A stretch of DNA of 64,000 bases, from positions 79,422,001 through 79,486,000 of the forward strand of contig OZ024745.1 in the NCBI GenBank assembly GCA_964016885.1, in the 5' to 3' direction. This DNA is from Eledone cirrhosa (lineage: Eukaryota). How positions within the stretch are numbered: the first letter of the stretch is position 1; each line of letters starts with the position of its first letter. The position numbers and the translations under genes are program-made. Below are positions 11,911 through 24,710 of this stretch, one piece after another. The notes under the pieces were generated by a model. That model saw only the letters and a list, made by a program, of their open reading frames with translations. It searched no databases and was not told the DNA's origin.

Positions 11911-14900
11911 GTCTGCAGGAAAATTGTGGGATGATGTTCATGTGTGCTAGGATTGGGAACAGTGGTTAGCACAGTGCCAGGTGGTTAGCACAGTACCAGG
12001 AGGAAAGAGAGAAACAAATACAGTATGGTGAATGGAGGAGAGATGAGTATGTCTTGTTAGCTTGGATGTAAGTGGTTGGTGGTGTACAATAAGCTGGTTG
12101 TGAGGAACAGTGGCTGATGTAATAGTGATAGTGTAGGCAGAGTTTGTGAGCTAAAGGTTGTAGTGTGTTAGTGAGTGAGTTTTACTAATGGTGAAAGAGA
12201 GAGAGGTTGGTTTGGAGGGGATGGTGGGATTTTATATAGTTTGTTTGTTTATTGATGTGATGTGGGCTTGTTTATGACTTTTGTTGGTTTTCTACCTTGT
12301 ATCCATCTTTTTTAAAATCTATTTTTTGGTTTTCTTGTCAAAGAATTGGTTACAAAGTACAATATCATTCAATTCTAGTCACCATTCCTATCTTCTGCTA
12401 TCTTCAAATTAGTCAGCTTTCATGGTTTGTTTTTGCCTTACATCCATTGGTTTGTATCTTCCATTCTCTTCTATGTATCTCTTCTTTTCTTTTAATCCCT
12501 TCCATATATATATATATATACACACACACAAATAGTAATCTATCTTAAACAAGGCTCAGAGTTAACTATAGGGAAGATTACATTAGAGTACCTTAAAATA
12601 AAGGAAACCATATGCATATTTTCCCAGAGGCAAAATTAAATTGTTAAGCAAGCTAAATATCTAGTGCTTAATGTATTTATTACCTCTAACTGCAGTTTCA
12701 CTGACTAAAAACCCACAAAGATCCTTTATCTCAATTAAAAGAGATAGTATATCTCTGCCAGAAAACTTGTCTAATCTTCAAAGAGGTTTTTTCTGTTCCT
12801 AAAAATTAAGAGAGACAAAATATATTTACCTGTTGACAGATCTCTTCTAATACGAAATAAAAGAAAATCCAGCATGGTGTACAATGATGTACACATGTGT
12901 AGAATGTTTTAAAAGGACAAATATTCATACAAAACAGACTAGGTGACGAGGAAAAACTTTTTGCTAGAAATAGCAGTCAATTTAAAATCGTCCTTCAGCT
13001 CAACAGATATAGGAGCAGTTTATGTATTTATATAATAAAGTTAGTCAGTCATATACATTACATCTCAATGAAGCAGCACTTGCTTATCATGTTCTTTATT
13101 GTGTCTCATCTCTAATCTTGTATTTCAAACCTTCTTGAAATTCTTCCCAGTGTGGGAACATTTGTAGAGTTAGACCAGCTGAAGTACACCACCAAATATC
13201 AACAGCATGGATCCAACTAGTTTGGGAAGGTCTGTGACATGAGTATTGCCTCAACTAATTAACATATTTGATATCTTTGTTCTATAACAGTCCCTTCTCT
13301 TCATTAATTTTTTCCCTTCTACAATTGTTCATCCCTATAAAACAAATCTTTCCTACATACTCTGCAATAATAGATTAATGTTTTGATAAACAGTCAGTGG
13401 ATCTCATTTGCTTCTGTTTTAAGTGGAGTTGTGTGCTAACCCTCTTTTTCTTTCTAGATTTATTCTCTTCTATCACCAATGACTTAATTTTTCTACAGAA
13501 AAGAAAACAAAAAGAGCACAACAAAACTAAAAGACAAGAAAATATTTGTATTTACATTTAATGGAATAATTACAGTTAAAGGAATGTTTGAAATGATTTA
13601 ACAGGAAAAGTTGCATAAGCTAATACAAAGGCTTGGTATTCAGTGATGCACTAGTTAAAGTCTTTCCCAAGCCTAGAGGCTCATCAGACTGATGTTTGTC
13701 CCAGTTTCATCTCCATTAAGTGACTGAGAGTACAAGTCTTCTATTTACATATGATGTCAGTATTCATTTCCAGCAATGTGAAATAAAGTGTTTTGTTCAG
13801 GAACACAATGCACAACCCAGTCTAGGAATTGAACCCACAATGTAATTATCATAACTTTAACCTCTAGACCAAACACCTTCACCAGAACTAATAATAAATT
13901 ACTCTCTTTATGAAGAGGCAAAGCAGATAGGTGAGAAAATTGCTGATAGTGGAAGATACCTATGACAGAAGAAGACCAAGGAAAATGTGTAAGAAGTGAC
14001 GAGGCCTCATATGAAGATGTTGGGCCTCATAAAAAAGCTGGTACAGAATTTATAGGGATTGTGATATGCTGTACTGGAGACCTACCAAACCCATGTCAGC
14101 CTTGAAAAAGGGATAATTATTTTGATACCAAACCACCTAAAACTCTTTCTGGTTTTATGATACAAAATTGTTTATTTTAAAGTGTTTATATTGACCTAAA
14201 AACTCACCCATTATTTTTATGTAAGAACCTTTGTTATATTCCAAACACTAGCTTAATGATGAGAAAGTTACATATATTACTAAATCCCTCCAAATTCTTG
14301 ATTATTTTCAAAATTATTTGATGATTGTAAACAGTATGTTTCATGAGAAATATAGTAAAAAAACGGTTAAAATAGAATTAAAGGAACGATCGACATTTGT
14401 CAAATCGGACCGAGGAAACAATGTTTCCATTGGTCTTTCCAATTGCTAATACTATCTATCGGTCGCAACTCCAGGTAGAAGGAGCAACGTGAAATAAAGT
14501 GTCTTGCTAAAATAGAATATAGAATCTAAAAAGAACACAGATTCCAATTACATAGAATCTGCTCCACCATGATAACATTTCAAAATCAGAATCTTGAATT
14601 CAGGAAATGAAACATGTTAAAGATTAATATGGACAAGTATTTCGTATTTCGTGCATGTAAAATCCCGGTTAACATAGAGAGGCTGATCTGATTCAGCCTT
14701 CTCAAACACAACTCTCCATCCATATCAAAGATGTAAAATGAAATAGCACTACATATCAACCTACATTAAACTTCTTCCCTTCATTTCCACATACACACAC
14801 ACACATCTTGTTACTTTTGTGTATTATGAAGATTGCTGTTAAAACCATTGCTACATGTTATTGTTGTGTTGACAAGAGCTCAACTCTTCTACTATCAGAT

Positions 14901-15616
14901 TAGCTCTGTTTGAGAATATCTATAACTCATAACTGAACAAATATGAATGACTGTGTGTGTGTGTGTGTTGGTTGGTTGAAATTATCCCAGCTATATTTAT
15001 TGTGGTTGTTAAATATACTCTATCAGTTCTGCATTAGTAGATCTGTAACACAAGGTAACTTATCAAAGCATTCATTTGATCAGTGTTTTAGCTATGGTTA
15101 TCCTGTTTTCTATTGTTGGGCATACTATTTGTAAGATTAGAAAATTTAATCCTTTTGATACCAACCTGCCCAAAGCCACTTTTGTATCAATGAAACAAAA
15201 ACACTTATTTTTAAGGGTTCTTATTTAAATTAAAATCATCAAATATAATATATGAGAACTTTTTATTATGTTACAAATACTATCTTAATAAAATATCTAA
15301 AAATTTCAGTAAATCCCTCCAAATTATTCAATAATTAATTGAAATACATTAGAAATATGGTAATGAATGGGCTAAAACAGTAGACCTGCATATTAAAGTT
15401 GGTATGGGAGTGAGTTTGTTGCAGAAGACTTGATTGGAACTTGGAACTGGTCTAGTGACTTGTAGAGAAGCTCTCTGCCATGCTTGTATTATATTTCTGT
15501 TTTTCATGCTGGCATGAAATAGCAGATGAGATTAATGTTTGTCTAACCATTATAACATTTAAGAAAAGGACTCCCTCCATTGAAACACTTTTTTATAAAT
15601 CCACATTTATACACCG

Positions 15617-15661
<45 letters not shown>

Positions 15662-16329
15662 CATACATACATGTATATTGACAAGGTGTTAAATTTTCAT
15701 TAGATTTATATATATATATTTATAAAAATGGATTAAAATAAAAAATTTATTTCGATCATATTATACCATCAAATATGCTTTATACAGGTTAAAATCTGTA
15801 TTATGCAGAGCATTATTATTCAAAATATTATTCAGGTACAATACTAAGTATATTACAATTAAGATTAAAAACATAGCAAACAAAAAATATATTTAAGGAA
15901 AAAATATAATTTTACCTGCATAATTGTCCATACTGTATCCACTATATATGTATATGTGTATGTATATATATATAATAATACTTGGAATAAACCCTACTGT
16001 ATAGCTTATCCGTGTTATTCTTCATTCTTTCATTATATATATATATATATATATACACGGGAGGACCCTCAGTTGTGTCAAAGACATGACAATCTCAACT
16101 GTGCGCTTGGTGGAGATTGAGTGTACATAAAACAAGACACAGATCTCTGGCCTGCCTGGGAGATCAGTGGCTCCACTTCAGTGCTGACTTGGTCTATGCA
16201 GACCCCTCCAACCTTTGCTAGCAGGGAAAGTGGACGTTAAAACATCAATGATGATGATATATATGTATGTATTTGTTTTGCAAGATTCTTGATGTAAAAT
16301 CGTGTGTTGAAACCGATATTGTTTTATTT

Positions 16330-16620
16330 GGGGATGGTCATGTTGTCAGTATTGCTAATAAAAAAAAACACATACACCATATGATTTTCACTACATTTTT
16401 ATTACTAGTTATTGGTTAGTTCATCAAAGTTCTTCAATTTGGTGAGCTCCTCAATGATGATCTGTTCTCTTTTGTGCCTCCTCTTCTTTCTGCTCTTAAT
16501 TTGTTACTCCATCTTGTCTTTTGTTTAAGTGGTGTATTTTTCGTGATTTGTGTCTGTGCATGCGTCCGTGCCTTTGCCTGTGTGTATGTGTCTTTGTGTT
16601 TATGTCTGTGCGCTTTATGT
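16330..16620 (-). mobile_element. Degenerate Penelope-like pseudo-LTR copy
   Basis: Colinear similarity to 36031-36262 (TCAAAGTTCTT..., TTTTGTGCC.CTC, CCATCTTG, TGTGCATG). Confidence 0.45.
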
Positions 16621-17518
16621 GTGTGTGTATGTTTCTAGCTTTCACTGTTTTTGTCTTTTTTTTCCCCCCTATTCTGTCTTCAGTCATTAAGTTGCAGCTT
16701 GTTACTATACCACTCGTGTTTTCTGTTCTAACCACACATAGATCTGATGCCACACCCAACAAATTACGGGTGCCACACACATAATAGAAGATAGTCCTGC
16801 ATTAAAATACTAGTCATCTACCCATGGAAGAAATTTTATAATCTTCACATGGTGTAACGATAACGTTTTATGGAAGGATAGATAAAACAGGACAGGCCTT
16901 AAGGAGTGCTAGAAAGAACTCCAGGTGAATCCATTTTAGACAGCTCAAACTAATTTAGACAAATTAGGAGTAGAAATAAGCTAAGGGTGGATGAATAGTA
17001 TTTTAACGCAGCATGAGATATTATATCATACTGATGAAGGAAATCATGGTCTTAAGATGTTTACTAAAACCGATAATTGGTGATTGATACTGATTATTGT
17101 GATTGAAGGTTAGCATTCCTTTTTGATTTCCCAAAACAGATCTGTCTATGAAAGTATAACCCACTTCAACAACTTAGAGTATGTATTTAAATTTATATAT
17201 TATTTGTTCTATATATCTAAAACAATAGTTTGTTTCTCAATTGATATATCCTGTTATATATTGTTTATACTTATATTATATATATACTAGAATTTTTTTC
17301 CATATGCTGATATGTATGTGTATATGTATATGTATATGCATACATTTATATGTATGAATATATAAATATAAATGCGCACAAACAGACTTACAAAAATACA
17401 CACTCACAGACATACATTCAAGCAGGCACTAGACATAGAGAAAGAGGAGTAGCATGAGGTAGTCAAACTACTACTCTCTCTTTATGGGTTGCAACAGAAT
17501 CTCAGAAATTTATATATA

Positions 17519-17946
17519 TGACTTTCGCAGACATTTTTTCACGCTCAGAGTTGCTGAAGCATGGAACAAACTGCCTGCGTCAATTGTTAGCTGCCGAGAC
17601 ACTGCATCCTTTAAGACACTCATGCTTCCCGAAATACGCCAAAACTACACCTGATGTGCCCCTTCCATACACATGCACACATGTGTGTATCATGACTCGT
17701 GCACTGTTCATTTTACTGATGTTTGTGCATTGCCCTATGTACTGTACATGCACTTTTTTGATGGGTTGTGGTGCACCTGGGCACTGTGCACAATATTTCA
17801 TTATTGTTATTGTTATTATATCATGACTCATACACTGTTTATTTTCCTGACATTTGTACATGATTCTATGTACTATACATACACCTTTGATGAGTTGTAG
17901 TGCACCTGAGCACTGTACACAATAATTTCATTATTATTATTATTTT
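17519..17946 (+). mobile_element. CR1-like LINE 3' end with tandemly duplicated 3' UTR
   Basis: DFRRHFFTLRVAEAWNKLPASIVSCRDTASFKT; the UTR unit CATGACTC...GCACTGT.CACAAT.ATTTCATTATT occurs twice. Confidence 0.8.
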
Positions 17947-17989
17947 ATATATATTGTTACACTTTGGGAGGGTCATGCTGCCAATAAAA

Positions 17990-18165
17990 AACACATGCAC
18001 CTGTTGGTTTTCACTTCGATTTATTACAAATTTCCGGTTGGTTGGTTCAATAATGGGATGGTTGTTTTTTTGTTGTCAAAGCTCTTTTGTGACCACCTCA
18101 GTGACTGATTTGTTTTTTGTGTCTCTCCTTTGTTCTGTCCTTCATCATCTTGTTTATGTGTCACT
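17990..18165 (-). mobile_element. Degenerate Penelope-like pseudo-LTR copy
   Basis: Matches 36040-36215 (AAATTTCCGGTTGGTTGGTTC, TGTCAAAG, TCAGTGAC, CTCCTTTGTTCTGTCC); hammerhead stem II partly deleted. Confidence 0.65.
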
Positions 18166-18169
18166 CAAA

Positions 18170-18855
18170 ACCCCCAACTCCATAGCGTGCCATCCTAGCC
18201 CTGCAGTGTCATACTGCAGCACCGAAGTGACATATTTTGCCACACTATCTCCCCATTACCATACTGGGCCACCCTAGTTCCATATTGACATAATGTGTCA
18301 CAGTGCCATAGTGTGCCATCCTAGTTCCCCAGTTCCAGAGCATCCACCCTAGCCCTGCAGTGCCATAGTGTGGCACCCTAGCTTCCAAGTGCCATATTTT
18401 CCCATGCTTTCTCCCCATTGCCATGGGAATCACCCTAGTTCCATATTTCTATACTGTGTCACTGAAACTCCCCAGTTACATATTGTGCCACCCTAGCTCT
18501 GCTGTGCCATAGTGCTGCACCCTAGCTTCAAAGTGCCATATTTTTCCACACTATCTCCCCATTACCATAGGAGTTAACCCTAGCTCTATATTTCTATACT
18601 GTGTCACTTAACCTCCCCAGTTACATATTGTGCCATCCTAGCTTCAAAGTGCCGTATTTTGCCATATCTCCCCATTGCCATACTGCACTACCCTAGCTCC
18701 ATATTGCCATACTGTATCGTTCAAGCTTCCCAGTACCATAGTGTGACACCTAAGCTCTGCAGTACCAAAGTGTGCCACCCTAGTTCTGCAGTGCCATAAT
18801 GCAGCACCCTATCTCCTCATTGCCATATTTTATCATCCTATGTTCCCAGTACCAG
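18170..18855. repeat. Imperfect minisatellite, ~23-bp subunits (GTGCCATA..GTGCCA.CCTAG.T) in higher-order blocks
   Basis: Repeated CCTAGCT/GTGCCATA/CTCCCCATTGCCAT units. Confidence 0.8.
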
Positions 18856-18856
18856 A

Positions 18857-21790
18857 TTTCAGAAAATCAGTCAACCACTTGATCACTTATAAATCAGGTG
18901 AGCACATCAGCCAAATTCACTTTATCTTCACCAGAAGATGGGAAAGGCTGAAAACACAAAGTCCATCCTCAGTGGGGAATGCACCTCCCAAGATAACCTA
19001 GTAGTTAGCAACTTTAAAGTTAGGGCCAGACAAACCTGGAGACAGAGAGCAACCTGGAGGAAAAGGGTAAGGAAACTGAGAGAGCCCATAGCTGGTAACA
19101 AATTCAGAGGTATTTTGCTTGATGCTTTTGACAAGGAAGAAGAAATAGCAACATATAATATTGAGGAGCTGTGGGAGTTCCTAAGAGATGATCTGCTGAA
19201 GGCAATAGATGAGATCTGTGGCTGGAGTAGGGTAAAAGAGAGTAACTTTGTGGTAGAATAATGAGGTGGATAAGACAATTAATCCAAAATACAGGCATGG
19301 AAAGCATGGCAAAATTAGGGTAGTAGAGAACATTACCAGGAAACTAGGAGAGAAGCTAGGCAACAAGTATATTTTGCAAGAGGAGAAGCCAAAAATAGAA
19401 TATTTAAGCACATTTTACATGAGGTATTAGGATTGTGAGGCAGTGTGTCAAGGAAAACTCTGATGTTGTTGGAGAGAAGTGTGTCCGAGATGACAATGGT
19501 GCACTTGCCCTCACCAACACTGACAAGAAAGTAGCATGGAAGAGCCATTATAAAAAAGTTGACCCAATAGAAGGACCAGCCATGCAAGTTAGCAGCAGTG
19601 TAGCCATTTAAGCAATTAAGGATAGGAAAACAAACAAAGCAGCTAGGACATCAGGAATAGTTGTTGAGATGCTGAAAGCATCTGGGATAGTAGGACACAC
19701 CTTAACCACACATTCTGTAAACCAAGTAATACAAAATTGGACTATACCCAATGACTAGCCTAGCAGCAACATTGTCAATTGCTACAAGGGCAAAGGAGAT
19801 GCATTAGACAGAGGAAACTACTGGGGCATCAAATTGATGGACCAGGTCATAAAAGTTACAGAAAGTGTTATTGTACAGGCTGAATTTACTTGGATGAGAT
19901 GCAGTTTGGATTTGTGCTGGGGAAAAGTACCATCACTGATGTTGTCTTTCTTGTAAAGCAACCCCAGGAGAAGTATCTAGCTAAAAATAAGCCCTTCTAC
20001 TGGGTATTTGTTGACTTGGAGAAAGCTTTTGACAGAGTCCCTTACTTCATAATCTGGTGGGCTCTTAGGAAACTTGGGGTGGATGAGTGGCTTATAAGGG
20101 CAATTCAAACTATGTATAGAGGAACAGTCAACAAGGTTATAATTAACAATGACTATAGTGAAGAATTTAGCTTGCAAGTAGGAGTCCATCAGGGCTCTGT
20201 TCTTAACCATCTCCTGTTTATTATCGTCCTGTACTCTATAACAGGAGAGCTCAAAATTGGCTGCCTATGGGGACTTCTACATGCTGATGATCTAACCCTT
20301 ACAGCTGAATTCATGACAGAATTGGAAAAGAAATTCCTGACCTGGAAGTGTAGCTTGGAATCAAAAGACTTTAACAGGATTTTAATAATAATAGTTATAT
20401 TTTGTATCAACAAAGGTCGCCAATATAGCAGACATTTAATAGTCATCAGTTTAGTTGTTAAATAATATTATGCCATGTAATAACAATATCAACGACAATA
20501 TGTAGTTTGTTGTAACAGGAAAGGTATGGTTTGTTATATCAATAAATGTAAGTTGAATTGAGGTTCGGCTGTAAGTCTCAGGTTCTGTTGCTGCTGTAAA
20601 TATAACTCTGGAAAGAATCTTTCCATATCACATTTAAAGGCAATGGCTGTGGTAAATAGCATCACAAGACTTTACAACGTTTTTACATAATTTATTAACA
20701 AAGGTCAAGGTGAGAAGAGCTGGCATGCCAAACAAATTAAGATTCTAATTAGGCACGGTCCATTGGCTGAGGTGTTAGCCAAACCCGTGGTTTTGCTGTG
20801 GTGTTGCATATTGGCTAATGGTTTCACGGCAAAAGAAAAATAGTTGTTTATCTTACCACAGTTGAAGCAAAAGAGATCGAATTTATTGAAAGTAGCGGGA
20901 AAGTCTCTGTTTTGGCAGAAGTTGAAAATACATATCCGTGCATGGGTCGCGATTGGCCTGACTTAGCCAAATCACACACGGACAGCCTATCAATGCGCCA
21001 AAGGAAAGTAGCTTGCTACAAGACCTTCAAGTTAACTTGGCAAAGTCCTAGTAAGTAGAAAGGAAAACAGAGCCTTGCTTCTTTCAGGGAAATGGCTTTG
21101 TTCAGTGTGCAGGAAAGGAGTGGATAGAACTTCCATCCTATATCCCAAATGCAAACTATGAGTACACAAGAAATGTAGATGGTCTCAGGCAGGCTAACAT
21201 AGAATGTAGGTTTTATCTGTGGTAGATGCACAGGGCAGTAAGCAGCATGAGCTTACAGGAAACAAGTTCTATCAAATGTTCAGAGGGCTCTGTTGAAGTA
21301 GTTGACAGCTTCTGTTACCTAGGAGACTAAATTAGCAGTGGAGGTGGATGTTTTGCAAGTACAGTAGCTAGAGTGAGAACGGGATGGAAGATGTTCACAG
21401 ATCTACTACCACTGATTACCACAAAGGGTTTTTTCCTCAAAATGAAAGACAGATTATAGGATGCATGCGTATGAACAACAATACTACATGGAAATGAGAC
21501 CTAGGCACTGTGTGCTGAGGGCCTCTGAAGATTGGAAAGAAATGGAGCTTGCATGCTTTGATGGATGTATAAATGTAATGTGCATCAATGACAAAGTATA
21601 AATGAACTAAGAGAGAAATTGGGCATAAGAGGGATCAGATGCAGCATGCAGAAAAGGAGACTATGGTGGTATGTGATGCATATGGAGCATGACATGTATA
21701 AAAGGGTGCAGTGCGCTCAAAGTTGATGGAAGCAATAGAAGACAAAGACCTAGAAAAGTCTGGGATGAAGTGATAATAGCACAATTAAAC
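18857..21790 (+). mobile_element. Old degenerate RTE LINE interrupted by a ~645-bp insertion
   Basis: Broken frames covering the APE end, RT ([22 protein letters not shown]) and C-terminus; homology stops at ~20374 and resumes at ~21020. Confidence 0.85.
20375..21020 (-). mobile_element. Unclassified insertion nested in RTE, possibly an LTR-element remnant
   Basis: Interrupts the RTE; flanks AAGACTTTAA and AAGACCTTCAA resemble a decayed TSD; minus strand starts TGTAGC with CCAAT and AATAAA motifs. Confidence 0.4.
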
Positions 21791-23229
21791 CTTTCATTTA
21801 CCTGGGCTTGACAGTCACCAACAGTGGAGACCTGACCCCAGAGATCAACTGCAGGTGTGAACTGGCTGCTGGGGGTCATGCACTCCCTACAGAAGCCTCT
21901 TTGGTGACATTGCTCTATCTCCTGGAATCACTGACTTAGGATGACCCCAGTCTCATTGAGCAAGAAGAAGTGTATATATATATAAATACACACACACCCA
22001 CACACATATATATATATATAAACTGTGGTAATGTGTACTAGACACAGTCTAAATGTTCATGAATAATGTTGCTTGATATTTTATTTCCATATTCTTTAAG
22101 TAACCCAAGCTGATATTTTTTAATATTAAATATTTTGCATAGTATTTTTATATTTCTCTAATCCATGTATAAACAATGACTAGAGATTGAACAGAAGACA
22201 ATCAATAAAGTATTATTCTTATTATCATTGTTGTTGTTAGGAATGTGGAGTGGTTGAGTAACACAGTGTTTAGATTCATCTGAGTTCAAATACCAGGTCT
22301 ATTTTGCCTTCCTTTCCCTTGAAAGGCATTAAATAAATACTAGTTATAGGCTGGATGGGATTGATGAAGTCTTCCCATTAAATGATGCAGGTTTTCATCA
22401 ATCCAGGGTTTATAAAATAAAATTACCAGTGAAGTAATGGGGTAGAAGCTGTCTTATCCTGAATATTCAGATGGATCAAAAGTCGGAAAGTTGAGGGGGT
22501 GTCTGTGTCTGCACACAACAACATGGGCACCTAAAACCCTTAGTAAAAGCATGGTAGATACTACCAAGTCATATTTGATTGCAAGTATCAGTAGTAGTAA
22601 TAGTAGTGATGGTGGTGGTGGTAGTATTGAGTAGATATAATTGACTATTCCCTGCACCCAAATTCAAAACTTTGTGCCTATGTTAGAAACATAAGAATAA
22701 AATGGCAAAATAATGGTCTTAATTAGATATTTATTTGCATCCAAATATTCCAAATTTAAAGCCTGTTGAAATTGACTTTACCTTTCATCCTTACAAGATC
22801 AATAAAATACAAACCAGTCAATTGTTTGAATTGTTTAAATTGAGTGCAGCATGGACAAATGGTCAAGAAGTATACTTTGCAATGATGAGGTTCAAAATTT
22901 GAACCTACTGTGTGACAGCTTATGTAAGTGTCTTTACTATAGAACTCTGTCCTGGCTTCTTGATTTCCTGACCACTACAATTTGCAAAAATTCAAAAGCA
23001 ATATCAATTGTCATTTTCTCTTTCCTTGAAATATGTTCTCTCTGTCTTAAACAGAAACTGACTGGAATACTGTTAGATGAACTGTGCTTTTAATTCAATA
23101 AGCCAGCCTTGTCACATGTGTCTGTGGAATGCTCTGCATGAACACTATGAGTTCAAATCTTGTTAGAATCAAATTTATTTTTCACCCTTCTGGTCTTGAC
23201 TATTAATGGACTGCTGCAAAAGGAGATTC

Positions 23230-23560
23230 TGACAGAGATGATGAATGATCCAACCCAATGAGATGAGGTCTATTAAAGAGATAAACATAGGGAAAGCTCC
23301 AGGCTTGGATGGATTACCTGTTGAGCTGATCCACTTTGGAGGAGACAATGTTGTTATGACAATGGGCTAGTTTTATCCATGTGGCATGGTAAAGCTGTCA
23401 TGCATGACTGGGTTTAAGCAATTTTACTGTTGATTTACAAGGGCAAGGGGTCCATGTCTGAATGCCGTGGTAATTAGAATGGGGTATAAATCTGCTCGAA
23501 TTAAGAGGAAAAGTTTTATCCAAGGTCCTGCTGAATCATCTAATAAAATGAATCTGCCCC
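23230..23560 (+). mobile_element. Highly decayed LINE RT fragment
   Basis: GKAPGLDGLPVEL-like and IYKGKGS-like remnants. Confidence 0.5.
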
Positions 23561-23569
23561 AGAACGGGC

Positions 23570-24601
23570 TTGGCTGACGGCACTTCCGTGCCTGTAGAGC
23601 TTATCTCGAACCGGCAACACTCCCCCAGGCCAGGGATTTTTGGAAGTTATCCATAGGCCCTGGGCTGAAAGTTCTCCGGAAGAGGGCAAACAGCTGATCT
23701 TCTTCGACGCCCAGGATCTCTCCGAGAACGTTGTCGCTCTTCCCCTCCACTAGTCCTCTATAGAACGCTGAGGTGGATGTCCACCGATACTGGTGCCCAG
23801 CTGGCAGAGGGCGGTGAGCGACTGGAGACATTCCAGTTTCCAAGCGCTATCCCTTGGTCTTTTTCTGACCCAGGACTGCAGCTGCTCCGTCAAGGAGACG
23901 AGATGCGCGCAGAGCAACGAAACCGTCGTGCACGCACTGATTCAGTGCCCGAGCATTGCTGACTTGTGGAGCTATGTCGAACAGTTGCTATCGTGTGTAG
24001 GACTAATCCGATTATTGACTGAGTCCATTGTGCAGATGGTCTCGCCGTCTTCCTTCGAAGAGGAAGGGCAGACGGTTTTCATCTGCCTGGTGGCCATGGC
24101 GAAAGAGATTGTGTGGTGGACAAGGTTGAAACGGTTAAAGACAGACACTTTCCTCTTCGGCGAATCTCTAATTAACTTTTTCAAGTTTCACTTGAAGAGG
24201 AAAATCAGGGTGGAGAGGCAAGTGTTGCCTTCTAGCAAGTTTGTTGAAAGGTGGGTAAATGTAGTGAGAATGGTCCGAGTGAACGGGACCGCTCTGAATA
24301 TACGCCTGTAGTTTGAGAAATGGAAAAATTGAGAGAGGGCGCTTGCCCTGGTGGTCAGGGTGGTCGTGGTCTTTTGTGTGGTTTTCGCGACGAGTAACCC
24401 TCGGAGGTTTCCCCCCTATTGGGGAATTTTTCATTGTTTCAATTTTCATTTTTATTGTTTATATATATGTTTCTATGTCCTTTTTTTTTCTTTTCTTATA
24501 TAAATAATAAAAAATATTTACACGCACAAAACCCACATCGTACCGTCCTGTGCCGTCTGTAATGTTTTTCTTGATGTCAACCCTTGTGGCCAATAAAGAA
24601 A

Positions 24602-24636
<35 letters not shown>
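23570..24636 (+). mobile_element. L1/Tx1-like LINE 3' fragment with (ATT)n tail
   Basis: C-terminal CCHC-like remnant RCAQSNETVVHALIQCPSIADLW; T-rich 3' UTR, AATAAA at ~24592, then (ATT)11. Confidence 0.65.
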
Positions 24637-24637
<1 letters not shown>

Positions 24638-24710
24638 CTTGAATCTCAGTCATTGATGTTGGTTAACTGGAAAGTCCGTTGGATTGAATATCAAGCCACT
24701 ACCTGCAGCC

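Noticed and set aside
17020-17095. CTGATGA...AAAACCGATA possible hammerhead
   Set aside because: GAAA is mutated and stems I and II pair poorly; at most a decayed relic.
18170-18855. CRISPR-like periodicity
   Set aside because: Eukaryotic context, degenerate tandem units, no unique spacers and no cas genes.
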